Below are positions 1 through 12,938 of a DNA stretch of 64,000 nt, piece by piece. The notes below the pieces were generated by a model. It was not told the origin of the DNA. It was given only the letters and a program-made list of their open reading frames with translations, and made no database searches. Each line of letters begins with the position of its first letter. Within the stretch, counting starts at the first letter, position 1. A program made the position numbers and the translations under genes. This stretch comes from Planctomycetota bacterium (GTDB lineage Bacteria > Planctomycetota > UBA1135 > UBA2386), in the NCBI GenBank assembly GCA_965223545.1, contig OZ245006.1:4512001-4576000 (forward strand), read 5' to 3'.

Positions 1-606
1 CGTGCCGCCGTCGGCGTCGGTGAAGAGCGCGGCGGCGGCCGGCCAGTCGCTCCACTGCGGTGGGCGGAGTTCGGTTTCGCCCGGCGCGAACCACGCGTCG
101 GGCAGGTTGGTTTCGGTGGCGAAGTTGCGTGCCATGACCCCCGATCCGGGTTCGAGCGCGCGGAACCCGAGGGCCTCGTACAGCCGAAACGGAGCTCCGC
201 CGGGGTCGGTGCGCAGGAACAGCGCCCGGCCGCCGCGTTCGCCGAAATCCGCCAAGGCGAGCCGCAGCAGGGCGCGCGCCGCGCCGCGCCGCCGTTCGGC
301 CGGCGTCGTGAACACGTGGCTGAGCAGGCCGACGCCGTCGGTCGCGGCAATCAGCACGTGGGCAAACGGTCGCCCGCCGCGGTGCAAGGCGTAGAAGCGG
401 GCGTCCAGGTCGGTGCGTTCGTGCAGCAGGGTGCGGCACTGCCACTGCCAGAATGGCGGCTTGTGCCCGAGTAGCCGTTCGAGGCGGTCGGCCCACCGGG
501 GTGCCGGTGCGGGGATCGCGATCGCTTCCGCGCGCGCACCGCCGTCCAGCTCGACCTCGCCCAACCGGAACGCGCCGTCGTCGCGGGCTGCCCGCGGTTC
601 GCTCAT
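1..606 (-). CDS. GNAT family N-acetyltransferase (partial, runs off the left edge)
   Basis: Not in the ORF track. Manual translation from ATG 606 (ATGA overlap with the pip stop) gives MSEPRAARDD...LSHVFTTPAERRRGAARALL...LYEALGF, matching the GNAT acetyl-CoA motif. Confidence 0.75.
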   Translation of the reverse strand, partial: MSEPRAARDDGAFRLGEVELDGGARAEAIAIPAPAPRWADRLERLLGHKPPFWQWQCRTLLHERTDLDARFYALHRGGRPFAHVLIAATDGVGLLSHVFTTPAERRRGAARALLRLALADFGERGGRALFLRTDPGGAPFRLYEALGFRALEPGSGVMARNFATETNLPDAWFAPGETELRPPQWSDWPAAAALFTDADGGT

Positions 607-1565
607 GCCACCGGAGTGCCGGTCGCGGCGAGGCGGCGCGTCGCCGCGACCAACTCTTCTGTGATGCCGGGCTCGTGTGACGAGTGGCCGGCGTCGGCGA
701 CGATGTGCGCCGACAGCTCCGGCCAGACGGCTTGCAAGTCGAGCAGGTTGCGCACCGGGCAGACGATGTCGTAGCGGCCGTGCACGGCAAACGCCGGGAC
801 GTCGCGCAGGCGCGTCGCGCGCCGCAGCAGGGCGTCGTCGGGGACGAAGCGTTGGTTGCGGAAGTAGTGCGCCTCGAGCCGCGCCAGCGCGAAGGCGAAG
901 TCGCTGTCGGCGAACGCCGCGGCGAACTCCTCGTTGGGCAGCAAGGTGCAGCACGAGCCCTCGTAGATGCTCCAGGCGCGCGCCGCGGCCCGCGCCTCGC
1001 TCTCGTCCTCGCCGTTCAGGCGGCGCCAGTACGCTTCGAGCAAGTCGTCCCGTTCGCCGGGCGGCACGTGGCCGGCAAACGCGCGCCACAGCTCGGGCTG
1101 CAGCCAACCCATCTCGTACAACCACCAGTGGATCTCGGCCGCGCGCAGCAGCCAGATGCCGCGCAGCACGAGGCTCAGCACGGACGGCGTGTGCTCCTGC
1201 GCGTAGTAGAGCGCGAGGGTGCTGCCCCAAGAGCCGCCGAACACGTGCCACCGGTCGATCCCGAGCGTGGTGCGCAGCAGCTCGATGTCCGCCACCAACG
1301 CGTCGATGTCGTTGTCGTGCAGCGATCCGAGCGGCTTCGATCGGCCGCACCCGCGTTGGTCGAACAGCACGATGCGGAACGCCTCGGGATCGAAGAACCG
1401 GCGGTCCACCGGAGTGCAGCCGGCGCCGGGGCCGCCGTGCAAGAACACGATCGGCATCCCGTCGGGATTGCCGCACTGCTCGTAGTAGAGCACGTGGTCA
1501 CCGCCGACCGGCAGCTCGCCGTGCGCGTAGGGCTCGATCTCCGGGTAGAAGTGCTGGTTGACCAT
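603..1565 (-). CDS. pip: Proline iminopeptidase (S33)
   Basis: FLHGGPG, DQRGCGRS, VFGGSWGS nucleophile elbow, GRYD, AGHS. Confidence 0.93.
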   Translation of the reverse strand: MVNQHFYPEIEPYAHGELPVGGDHVLYYEQCGNPDGMPIVFLHGGPGAGCTPVDRRFFDPEAFRIVLFDQRGCGRSKPLGSLHDNDIDALVADIELLRTTLGIDRWHVFGGSWGSTLALYYAQEHTPSVLSLVLRGIWLLRAAEIHWWLYEMGWLQPELWRAFAGHVPPGERDDLLEAYWRRLNGEDESEARAAARAWSIYEGSCCTLLPNEEFAAAFADSDFAFALARLEAHYFRNQRFVPDDALLRRATRLRDVPAFAVHGRYDIVCPVRNLLDLQAVWPELSAHIVADAGHSSHEPGITEELVAATRRLAATGTPVA

Positions 1566-1574
1566 TCGTGGGCG

Positions 1575-2582
1575 TCACACCAGATCGGAATCACCCATCG
1601 TGAAGTACCACTGATCGCGAAAGAACCGGGTCTCGTATTTCGCGGTCGCCAGCACGATGAAGTAGTCGGTGCCCTTGACCATGTAGCCGGCGCGCTGGAT
1701 CGCCAAGAAGCGCGGGTCGACGTGGTTCCAGAAGCTGCCGATCACCTCCTGCCCGTCGGCGGTGGCCTGGCGCTCGAGGACGGCGAGCATCGAGTGCATC
1801 GCGTCGGTGTCGGCGGGATCGTGCAGCCAGTCGACGATGAATGCGATGTCGGCGACGACGTGGCAGCGCGGCGAGTAGACCGCGATGCCGCGCAGTGCGC
1901 CGCTGGTGGTGTCGCGGCACTCGTACAGACGGTAGGTCTGGTCCGGGCAATCGGCGTAGCGCCAATTGAGGTAGCGCTGGTCGCGGATCAAGGTCAGGCC
2001 GAAGCCGGCCTTGAGGTGGTCGAACAGCCCGTCCACGTCGGCGGAGAAGCGCTCGACTTGCGCGGTCCGCACGCCATCGGGCGTGGTCCGCGGCGCGTTC
2101 GCTCCGAGCTCGCGGAACGTGCAGTCCCAGTCGCGGATGTTGAGGTAGCCGAGGTGCTTCTGACCGCTGCGCCAGGCCGGCACCGGCCAGCCGTAGGTAA
2201 AGGAGACCTCGCCGGGGTTCGGCCCGTGCCAGGTGTCGATGTAGGCCCGGCCGATGTCGACGAACAGGCCGTGCGGGCCGCCGCGCCGGCGCCAGTCGGG
2301 CAGCACGCAGAAGTCGACGCCCTGCGCCGCCAGTCGCTCTTCCCCCTCGACCCAGATGCGCACCGGAATGCCGACATACATGCCGACGATGTCGCCGTTC
2401 GGCGCTTCGGCCAGCATGTGCAGCATGCGCGGCACCGGGTTGTCGCGGAACTTCCAGCGCCAGTGCGCCTGAGTGCGGGGCGGCAGGCCGACGCCCGCGT
2501 GCGGAAACACCGCGTTGTAGCAGTCGAGGATCGCGGCCTCGTCGCCGTCGCGATACGGGCGGATGAGGACGTCGTCCGACAA
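1575..2582 (-). CDS. GNAT family N-acetyltransferase
   Basis: IRPYRDGDE start, W.WKF..NP, DFCVLPDWRR, RDQRYLNWRY, C-terminal GDSD. Confidence 0.75.
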   Translation of the reverse strand: MSDDVLIRPYRDGDEAAILDCYNAVFPHAGVGLPPRTQAHWRWKFRDNPVPRMLHMLAEAPNGDIVGMYVGIPVRIWVEGEERLAAQGVDFCVLPDWRRRGGPHGLFVDIGRAYIDTWHGPNPGEVSFTYGWPVPAWRSGQKHLGYLNIRDWDCTFRELGANAPRTTPDGVRTAQVERFSADVDGLFDHLKAGFGLTLIRDQRYLNWRYADCPDQTYRLYECRDTTSGALRGIAVYSPRCHVVADIAFIVDWLHDPADTDAMHSMLAVLERQATADGQEVIGSFWNHVDPRFLAIQRAGYMVKGTDYFIVLATAKYETRFFRDQWYFTMGDSDLV

Positions 2583-2594
2583 CGGCCGCCCCCT

Positions 2595-3770
2595 CTACTG
2601 GCCGACCCGCAACAGCTCGATGTGGAAGACGAGGGTGGCGTCGGGGCCGATCTTCGGCGGCCGGCCGGAAGCGCCGTAGGCGAGGTCGCCGGGGATCACG
2701 AGCAGCGCCGCGCCGCCCGGCTTCATCAGCTGCAGGCCCTCGTTCCAGCCGGCGATCACTTGGCCCAGACTGAAACTCGAGGGCTCGGCGCGGTCGTAGG
2801 ACGCGTCGAACTGGGTGCCGTCGGTCAGCCAGCCGGCGTAGTGCACGTGCACGCGCTCGCCCATCTTCGGCGACTTGCCTTCGCCCTCGCGCAGCATCAC
2901 GTACTGCAAGCCGCTCTCGGTCTTCTGCAGCTTGTCCTCGGCCGGCATGGAGAACTCCGGCCGCCGGAAGGCGCGCGGCATGCGCACCCGCCAGATCGAT
3001 TCGGCGCCGCCCGGCAGGTCCGGCCCGGCCCCCTGATCGCCGAAGGCCAGCGCCGCCGGCACGCGGCACAGCCACTCGCCGCCGGGCCGCATGGTCTTGG
3101 CCGCCTCGGTGAGCACGCCCCAGCGCAGCGCCTTGGGCTGGGTCAGCCGTGAGCCGCCCATGTTGGCCGAGTCGTGGATCAGCTTGCCGTCGGTGGTCCA
3201 GATGGTGAACGTCATCTCCACGTGGGTGTCCGCGTCGATCGGCTCGCCCTCGCCGGCGGCGATCTCCTGGTAGACCAAGCCCGACTCGCAGGTGGTGGCC
3301 GTCTCGCTGTCCGGCTCGGCGAACACCGGGCCGGGGCGCACCGACAACAGCTCGACGTCGAAGATCAGCGTCGCGTTGGGCGGGATCGTCCCGGGCGCGC
3401 CGCGCTCGCCGTAGCCGAGATCCGGCGGGATGGTGAGCTTGAGCCGTGAGCCCGGCGTCATCATCGCCAGCGCCTCGTTCCAGCCCTCGATCACCCAGCC
3501 GACCGGGAACTCCGCGGGCTCGCCACGCTGTCGCGAGGAGTCGAACACCTTGCCGTCGGTCAGCCAGCCCGTGTAGTGCACCTTGACCATGTCGCCGCGC
3601 ACCGGGGTGCGGCCCTCGCCGCCCTCGGCCAACACCGAGTACGTCAGACCGGAGTCGGTGGTGACCGGATCCTTGTCCTCGGGAATCGCAGGAGTTTCGT
3701 TCTGCGCGGCGAGTGACGAGGCGGCGAGCAAGCCAGCCAGCGCCGGCGTGAGCAAATCGATGCGGGTCAT
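2595..3770 (-). CDS. Exported FKBP-type peptidyl-prolyl isomerase with three FKBP domains
   Basis: Signal peptide ending LAAQ; two copies of VHY.GWL.DG..FD.S, VI.GWNE and LGYG/LAYG; middle domain degenerate. Confidence 0.92.
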   Translation of the reverse strand: MTRIDLLTPALAGLLAASSLAAQNETPAIPEDKDPVTTDSGLTYSVLAEGGEGRTPVRGDMVKVHYTGWLTDGKVFDSSRQRGEPAEFPVGWVIEGWNEALAMMTPGSRLKLTIPPDLGYGERGAPGTIPPNATLIFDVELLSVRPGPVFAEPDSETATTCESGLVYQEIAAGEGEPIDADTHVEMTFTIWTTDGKLIHDSANMGGSRLTQPKALRWGVLTEAAKTMRPGGEWLCRVPAALAFGDQGAGPDLPGGAESIWRVRMPRAFRRPEFSMPAEDKLQKTESGLQYVMLREGEGKSPKMGERVHVHYAGWLTDGTQFDASYDRAEPSSFSLGQVIAGWNEGLQLMKPGGAALLVIPGDLAYGASGRPPKIGPDATLVFHIELLRVGQ

Positions 3771-3944
3771 GACGTCACGGATGGTCGGAGTTCGTGTGCC
3801 CGCAGCCTAACCGTTCCTCGGGCGCGGCGGCATGCCGGGTTCGGCAGAACGCGCGGCCGACTTGCGGTCTGAGGGTGGTGCGGGCCGTTTCCCTTGCTAC
3901 GTTGCCGTCGCGTCGAGCGCGGCCCTCGACCGGCGAATTCAGCG

Positions 3945-5927
3945 ATGTCCTCCCCCCGAGTCCCTGTTCTGGTGCGCCTCGCGCTGGCTGCCGGTGCGCT
4001 GGCGCTGGTCGCCTCGCTGGCGGTCGACGCGATCGGCCTCGGGGGAGGGCCTGGCTTCGGCACCAAGCAGCGCATCGCGGCGGGCGTCGGCCTCGCCCTG
4101 CTGGGCGGTGCGTGGTTGGTCTCCGCCGCGTTGCGCGCCCGGGTGTTTGCCGCCGCGGGCCGCCTGCCGCCGGTGAGCGGCGCCCAGTGCGTGCTGCTGG
4201 GATGTGGTGTCGGCGTGCTGCTCGGCTGGATCGAGTGGGCCCACCTGCGCGGGGTCAAGGTCGGGCTGCAGGGCGTCATCCTGCGCCAGCCGGAGCATCT
4301 GGTCTGGATGGCGCCGCTCAACCACGGCGCGGTGTTCGCGGCGCTGGGTGGGGTGCTCGGCATCGGTGCGCGGTGTGCCCCCGGCCTGGTGCGTCTGCCG
4401 GTCGTGGTGTTCGTCTTGATCGGCATCGCGGCGTACTCCCAGTGCCTCCTGCACCCCGTGCTGGCGGGCGTCGCGGTGGTGGCGCTGTCCGCCGGTGTCG
4501 GTCTGCTGGCGGCCCGGAGTGCGGCGCGCGCGCCGCGCCGCGCCGTGCGCTGGGCCGGCCGCACCGCGGCCGTTGCCGCAGCGGTGGCCGCCGCCACGGG
4601 CGTCGGCATCGCCGGCTATCAGCGGTGGAGCCAGCACCGCGCCGTCGCCACCCTGCCGGCGCCGCCCGCGGATGCGGCCAACGTCCTGTTGATCGTGCTC
4701 GACACCGTGCGCGCCGACCATCTGTCGCTCGCGGGCTATCACCGCGAGACCTCGCCCAGTATCGACGCGCTCGGCCGCGATGGCGTCACCCTGACGCGCG
4801 CGCTGACCACCGCTCCGTGGACCCTGCCCTCGCACGCCACGCTGTTCACCGGCCGCTATCCGCACGAGATGTCGGCGGACTGGTTGACCCCGCTGGACGA
4901 CGCGCACCCGACCTTGGCCGAAGTGCTCCGCGACCGGGGCTACGTCACCGGTGGCTTCGTCGGCAATCTGCTGTACTGCCTCGCCAACAACGGCTTGGGC
5001 CGCGGGTTCGCTCGATATGACGATCTGTTGGTCACGCCCGCGACCATTGCCGCCTCGACCGCGCTGGCGCGTTCGCTGCTGAGCGAGCCCTACCTGAAGG
5101 TCGACGCCGGCTCCAACCGCGCCGACACGGTGACCGATCGCCTGCTCGATTGGATTGACCAGCGCGGTGAGCGGCCGTTCTTCGCGTTCGCCAACTACAT
5201 CGACGCGCACGCCTACTGCGTCAGCCCAGAGGGCTTTACCGGTCATTTCGGCGAGGCCCACCCGGACATCTTCGACTGGTACGACTTCGCGCCGGGCCAG
5301 TGGAACGACGAGAAGTGGAATCGGTTTCGCGACGCTTACGACGATTGCATCCGCTTCATCGACTTCCAGGTGTCGCGCATCGTCGACCACCTCCGGGCGC
5401 AGGGGGTGCTGGAGCACACGCTGATCGTCGTTACCTCCGACCACGGCGAGCTGTTCGGTGAGCACGGGCTCGCCGATCACGGCAACAGCCTCTACCGGCC
5501 TCTGGTGCAAGCGCCGCTGGTGTGGCACTACCCGGCCGGCCTCGCGCCGCGCCCGGCCACCGATACGATGGTGTCGCAGCGCGACGTGCCGGCGACCCTG
5601 TTGGACCTGATCGGCGTCACCGGCCATCCGCTGCCGGGCAACAGCTTGGCGCCGATGCTGCGCGGCGCGCCGCCCGGCGAGGTGCCGCGCTCGCCGCTGT
5701 TGTGCTCGGTCACCGGCAGCATTCGACGGCCGGCCTGGGAGCCCGCCTCACGCGGGGACATGCACTCCCTGTTCGACGGTGACCGCCAGCTGATCATCGG
5801 CGGCGATGGCGCGGCCGAGCTGTTCGACCTCGGCGTGGCCGCCGATGCCGAGACCGACCTCAGCGCGCAGGAGCCCGGCGTCGTCGACCGGCTGCGGTCG
5901 GCGCTGCGGGCGCTTGTGCCCGAGTGA
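3945..5927 (+). CDS. Membrane-anchored sulfatase-like hydrolase/transferase
   Basis: N-terminal TM helices; LIVLDTVRADH, WTLPSHATLFTG, TSDHGE, HG..LY motifs. Confidence 0.85.
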   Translation: MSSPRVPVLVRLALAAGALALVASLAVDAIGLGGGPGFGTKQRIAAGVGLALLGGAWLVSAALRARVFAAAGRLPPVSGAQCVLLGCGVGVLLGWIEWAHLRGVKVGLQGVILRQPEHLVWMAPLNHGAVFAALGGVLGIGARCAPGLVRLPVVVFVLIGIAAYSQCLLHPVLAGVAVVALSAGVGLLAARSAARAPRRAVRWAGRTAAVAAAVAAATGVGIAGYQRWSQHRAVATLPAPPADAANVLLIVLDTVRADHLSLAGYHRETSPSIDALGRDGVTLTRALTTAPWTLPSHATLFTGRYPHEMSADWLTPLDDAHPTLAEVLRDRGYVTGGFVGNLLYCLANNGLGRGFARYDDLLVTPATIAASTALARSLLSEPYLKVDAGSNRADTVTDRLLDWIDQRGERPFFAFANYIDAHAYCVSPEGFTGHFGEAHPDIFDWYDFAPGQWNDEKWNRFRDAYDDCIRFIDFQVSRIVDHLRAQGVLEHTLIVVTSDHGELFGEHGLADHGNSLYRPLVQAPLVWHYPAGLAPRPATDTMVSQRDVPATLLDLIGVTGHPLPGNSLAPMLRGAPPGEVPRSPLLCSVTGSIRRPAWEPASRGDMHSLFDGDRQLIIGGDGAAELFDLGVAADAETDLSAQEPGVVDRLRSALRALVPE

Positions 5928-5944
5928 GCGGCGGCCTGAACTGG

Positions 5945-6200
5945 GCTGGAGTGTGCGACCGCGCTGATGGCCGCTTTTCGCAGCGCCACGGGCGGATACT
6001 GCAGCGGGTCGCGCCGACGCGCCCCCTCGACGGTCATACCCATAGCCGTGCTCCTTCGCAGGAATGCCAGGGCCTCCTCGATCGCCTGGACAAGATCCGA
6101 CTCCGCCTTCGACCCGGTCGGTGATCGATGCGCGGTGCGTGCCCTGGAACCGTGCCAGGCGAATGCGGGTGTTGGGGAAGTGCCGCAGACGCTCGCGGCC
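5945..6200 (-). pseudogene. Fragment of an AlbA/RecG-C-type ATP-binding transcriptional regulator
   Basis: Two frames give ...IRLARFQGT... and ...AIEEALAFLRR...YPPVALRKAAISAVAH, resembling YP..A.REA..NA..H; no start codon, frameshifted. Confidence 0.5.
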
Positions 6201-6561
6201 AATGCGCCGCGCGCCGGCCCGCGGCCTCAGCTTGCGCGGACCATCACCAACGCACCCTGGTGCCCGACGAGGAGCAGCAACGGTCGCCCGAGGAATTGAA
6301 GACACCGATCTCGGTGGTTGCAGGGAGCGCCAGAGCACGCTGGCGGCAACGCCCGGCTGCGGTAGCGCGGCGACGAGGACGTGGCTGTCGCCGTCGGCGT
6401 CGCGCGCGATCTGCCGCGGCTCGTGCGCATTGACGCGAGCGTCCAGCCAACGCCACCGTCAGCAGCGCCGAGCTGTGTCAGTCGCGTCGAACGTCGCCCG
6501 GGCCGCGGACGTGGCAAGCCGGCGGTTCCCAGGGACCACCGGGGCGAGCTACACTTCTAGA

Positions 6562-6792
6562 ATGAACGAGTCGCTGCTCGATCGGGTCACCATCGAACCC
6601 GGCAAGTGTGGAGGCAAGCCCTGCATCCGCGGCAAGCGGATCCGGGTGACAGACCTCCTCGAACTGCTGGCCAACGAAGCCTCGATCGAGGAGATCGTCA
6701 CGGACTACCCGGGTCTCGAGCGTGAGGATGTCCTGGCAGCGATCGCGTACGCGGCGCGTCAGACCAACCACACGGTGATCCGGGTCGCTTGA
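6562..6792 (+). CDS. DUF433 antitoxin (VapB45-like)
   Basis: RVTIEPGKCGGKPCIRGKRIRV...YPGLEREDVLAAIAYA. Confidence 0.9.
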   Translation: MNESLLDRVTIEPGKCGGKPCIRGKRIRVTDLLELLANEASIEEIVTDYPGLEREDVLAAIAYAARQTNHTVIRVA

Positions 6793-7112
6793 GGTTCCTG
6801 GTCGACATCAGTAAGGACGAGGACTTCGTGTTCCTGGCCCATCGATCAGGCGACTCGGGCAAGCTTCTCTGGGTTCGCCTCGGAAACTGTCGCAGAGCAG
6901 CCCTCATCCAGTCGTTCGACCTGGCGATGGCAGCGATCGTTGCCGCATTCGAGTCTGGGCAGAACGTCGTCGAGCTTGGTTGTGCCCTCGGCCGGTCCGG
7001 GTGGCGTGGTCGAATGGTCGGAGGCAGCATCCGGACCTTCGCCAGCGGGAACAGCAACCTCTGGGCGGTTTCGCGCGACACCGCCAGCAGGCTTGTCCTC
7101 CAGCTCGTCTAA
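6789..7112 (+). pseudogene. DUF5615 PIN-like toxin (VapC45-like) with an internal deletion
   Basis: Overlaps the antitoxin stop; MRFLVD is joined directly to ISKDEDF...LLWVRLGN, so the usual intervening segment is missing; the C-terminus reads on into unrelated DNA. Confidence 0.7.
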
Positions 7113-7354
7113 GCACCCGCCCCTTCCAGTCTCGCCCGGCATCTCGCGGCATCCCTGGCACGAATTGGCATGGCCCGTCTGCACTCGACGCCGCCCTCCC
7201 GGTTTAGAAAAATAGCCGACAGTTGCGGCGTATTTGCGGCGTCTTCACTTGCATGGGCCGGACTCCTGGGAGGTCGATGCGCTTCACCGTGGCGCGCTCT
7301 GGCCGTACGTGGGTGGCTGGATAGACTGCAGCGCCTCGGCGACGAGACCCGGTG

Positions 7355-9709
<2,355 letters not shown>

Positions 9710-9721
9710 AACGGCCGTGGC

Positions 9722-10642
9722 TCAGTCGCGCGGGAACTCGAACGCGCGAAACTGCTCCTGCAGCTCGTCGAGTCCGCCCGTGATCTGGTCCACCGCCGCG
9801 CGGTCGGGGGTGCGCCCCTCGAGCAGATCCACGATGTAGTCCCGAAAGGGCGCCGCCGCATCGGCGTCGCCGGGCGCTTGAGTGCGCGTCTCGGGCCGAA
9901 AGCGCAGCAGGTAGTCGACGAACATGCCCAGCTGGATCAGCCGTTCCTGTGGCCGATCGCCGTAGCTCTGCAGCGGGTCGCCGAGCAGGCGCCGCAAGGG
10001 GATCTCGCGGGGCGTGCCGCGCATCGCCTCGAGCTGGTCGACGGCCCAGCCGTAGTTCCAGAACGCGGAGAAGTAGGCGGCGAGGCCCTCGCTCAGCCAA
10101 ACCGGCAGGTTGGCCGAGGGAAACGTCTGCGCGACGTAGGCGTGCAGCAGTGCGTGGGTCGCATTCCACTGCACCAACAAGACGTTGTCGCTGTGCACGA
10201 CGCAGACCGGTCGCTCTTCGTGGCCAGCGGCGTAGAACGCGCCGAAGAACGAGGAGTGGTGCTCGCCGTGGTCGTCGCCGAACTGGTTGTACGTCGCGAT
10301 GTCCGGCAGGACGAACACCGAGATCCTCCGGCTGGGCAGTCGTTGGATGCCCAGCGTCGTCTGGAAATGCTCCAGCATCGACTCGAGCCCGTTGGCCAGT
10401 GACCTGGCAAACCCGTGGCTCTTCGTGGTCCGCACCTCCACGTGGGCCGACTGCGCGCGCCACGCGTTCTCCCACGTGGTGCGGTCCTGCCAGATGTCGT
10501 CCTTCGCCGTGTCGGGTCGCGTGCGCTCGATCGAGGCGTCGAGGACCGACCGAAATGGAGTCGCGGGAGCCGGCGGCTTGTCTTGGGCGGCCGCCGGCAT
10601 CACCGCCAGGGCCAGGAGCGATGCGCGGGCGAGGCTTGGCAT
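9722..10642 (-). CDS. Secreted DUF1570/peptidase MA-like protein
   Basis: Signal peptide ending AAAQ; THALLHAY...PVWLSEGLA gluzincin-like pattern. Confidence 0.6.
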   Translation of the reverse strand: MPSLARASLLALAVMPAAAQDKPPAPATPFRSVLDASIERTRPDTAKDDIWQDRTTWENAWRAQSAHVEVRTTKSHGFARSLANGLESMLEHFQTTLGIQRLPSRRISVFVLPDIATYNQFGDDHGEHHSSFFGAFYAAGHEERPVCVVHSDNVLLVQWNATHALLHAYVAQTFPSANLPVWLSEGLAAYFSAFWNYGWAVDQLEAMRGTPREIPLRRLLGDPLQSYGDRPQERLIQLGMFVDYLLRFRPETRTQAPGDADAAAPFRDYIVDLLEGRTPDRAAVDQITGGLDELQEQFRAFEFPRD

Positions 10643-10817
10643 GATGTCTCTACTCAGTGGACGGTGCTCAGGCGTTCAGTGCGACCGCTCGCTGGCAAGA
10701 TTTTCGGTGCGCCGGTGTGGTCGCCGCTCGGTTTGCTTTTTTTGCGGCGCGAGCCGCGCATCGAGACATTGGAACGGGTTGGCGCCCGCCCACCCTCGTT
10801 TTCGCCCAACCGGAACC

Positions 10818-12938
10818 GTGCACTGCCCCACCCCTCTGGCTCTCCTCACCGCGATCGCGATCGCGCCTCCCATCACCGCCCAGCACACGTGGGTGCAGCG
10901 GACTACCGGACCCGTGCAGACCGGCGCTCGCTTGGCGACCGACCCGGTGCGCGGTCGCGTGCTGCGGTTCGGTGGGGTCGACGCCGTCGGCCGCCCGGTC
11001 GCGCGCACCGAAGCGTGGAGCGGCGCGGATTGGGTCCGGCTGGTGCCGCCGACCGAGCCCGCGGCGCGCGCCGCGCACGCGCTCTCCGACGATCCGCTGC
11101 GCGGCCGCGTCGTGCTGTTCGGCGGTACCGCCGAGATCGGCACTTGGCCGGCGACGACCGCGTTCGGCGACACCTGGGAGTGGGATGGACGCACTTGGAC
11201 GGTGGTTGCCACCGGCGGACCGTCGCCGCGCGCTGGCGCGGCGATGGCGTTCGACCGAGCCCGCCGCCGCCACGTGTTGTTCGGCGGCGGTGACGACTCC
11301 ACGTGGGAGTGGGACGGTGCGGGGTGGAGCGTGCTCAACACCGCGGTGCGGCCGCCCGTCCGGCAGGGTGCGGCGATGGCGTATGACGCCGCCCGCGCGC
11401 GGATCGTGCTGCACGGTGGATTCACCGGTGGGCGGCCGGGCGTCGGGCCGCTGGCGGACACTTGGGAGTTCGACGGCGCTTCGTGGACGCTGCGGTCCTC
11501 CGCCGGGCCGGGCGAGGGTGAGATGGCCTACGACGCCCAGCGGCAGCGATGCGTCCTCGTCACGCGCGCGACGGCGACCACTTGGGATTGGGACGGCAGC
11601 GCGTGGACGGCCCGCGGACCGGCCTATCAGGGCGGCGGCGCGCTCGCCTGGGACCCCCTCGGCACCGTGGTCATCACCGATGGCGGGCCGCGGATCGCGG
11701 CGTGGGGCGGCTCGAGCTGGCGCGAGTTCGGCGTCGACCGCGAGCTGCCTCAGACGGTGGGCGCGGCGCTCGCCGAGCATCGCGGCAGCGGCCACGTGTT
11801 GTTCTTCGGCGGTTGGTTCTTCAGCGCGAGCGGGCAGGCGCGCCCCGATGGTCAGACGTTGTTGTGGGACGGTCTCCGCTGGACTGCGCCCAACCTCGCG
11901 GTCGCGCCGCCGGCACGCGGTGACCACGCGATGGTCTACAGCACGCGCAGCGGTCGCGTGCTGATGTTCGGCGGCCGCGGCGCATCGGTGGCCCACGCCG
12001 ACACCTGGGAGTGGGACGGCCGCAGCTGGCGGCAGCGGCCGTTGGCGGTGTCGCCGCCCGGTGGCGATGGCCACCGGATGGCGTTCGACGAGCGGCGCGG
12101 AGCGGCGGTGTTGGTCACCGGCGGCACGCGGGCGGGCGAGACCTGGGAGTACCGCGCCGACCGCTGGCAGCAGGTCGTGACCGCGACCACGCCGCCGGGG
12201 GCGGGAGGCGTCGCGTACGACGCGCGCAACCGCGTCGTCGTGCTGTTCGACGGCGGCGTCCTCGGTGCCGGGACGTGGGCCTACGACGGCGTGGATTGGC
12301 GCCGCCGGACCCCGACCACGGCACCGCCCACCTCCGGCCCGATGGCGTTCGTGCCGTCGCTCAACGGCGTGGCGCTGTTCGAGCCGGCCGGTACTTGGCT
12401 GTGGAATGGGATCGATTGGCGCCGCACGGTGGTGACCGGCGGGCCCGCGCCGTTCTCGGGCGCGGCCGCGTACCACACCGCGCGCGAGGCGGCGGTCCTC
12501 GTCGACGGCGGCTACGACAACGCCACCTGGTTGTTGTCGCCGAACCCCGCGGCCTCGGTCGTGACCGGGACGGGTTGTGGGGGAGTGGGGCGCGCGCCGT
12601 GGCTCGAGAGCTATGGCCGGCCGGTGCTGGCCAACACCAAGTTCGCGCTCGACCTCGGCGATGCGCCGCCGTCGTCCGCGGCCGCGGTGTTGCTCGGCGC
12701 ACCGGGGAGCGCCCCGCTCGGCAGTGGGTGCACGCTGTTCGCGGATCCGCTGCAGCCCATCTTGGTGCTGCCGCTGGTCACCAGCGCGCTCGGCGCCGGC
12801 ACGATTCCGCTGCCGATCCCCGAGCGCAGGTTCTTCGCCGGTGGTGTGGCCGCGGCCCAGGCCACGGTGCTGCATGCCTCGGGACCCCTGGCCGGGCTGT
12901 CCTTCACGCACGGCGTGCTGCTGACCCTCGGCGAGTGA
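10818..12938 (+). CDS. Secreted Kelch-like beta-propeller repeat protein with conserved C-terminal domain
   Basis: Repeated MAYD..R.R.VLFGG...DTWEWDG..W units; start codon uncertain. Confidence 0.8.
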   Translation: MHCPTPLALLTAIAIAPPITAQHTWVQRTTGPVQTGARLATDPVRGRVLRFGGVDAVGRPVARTEAWSGADWVRLVPPTEPAARAAHALSDDPLRGRVVLFGGTAEIGTWPATTAFGDTWEWDGRTWTVVATGGPSPRAGAAMAFDRARRRHVLFGGGDDSTWEWDGAGWSVLNTAVRPPVRQGAAMAYDAARARIVLHGGFTGGRPGVGPLADTWEFDGASWTLRSSAGPGEGEMAYDAQRQRCVLVTRATATTWDWDGSAWTARGPAYQGGGALAWDPLGTVVITDGGPRIAAWGGSSWREFGVDRELPQTVGAALAEHRGSGHVLFFGGWFFSASGQARPDGQTLLWDGLRWTAPNLAVAPPARGDHAMVYSTRSGRVLMFGGRGASVAHADTWEWDGRSWRQRPLAVSPPGGDGHRMAFDERRGAAVLVTGGTRAGETWEYRADRWQQVVTATTPPGAGGVAYDARNRVVVLFDGGVLGAGTWAYDGVDWRRRTPTTAPPTSGPMAFVPSLNGVALFEPAGTWLWNGIDWRRTVVTGGPAPFSGAAAYHTAREAAVLVDGGYDNATWLLSPNPAASVVTGTGCGGVGRAPWLESYGRPVLANTKFALDLGDAPPSSAAAVLLGAPGSAPLGSGCTLFADPLQPILVLPLVTSALGAGTIPLPIPERRFFAGGVAAAQATVLHASGPLAGLSFTHGVLLTLGE

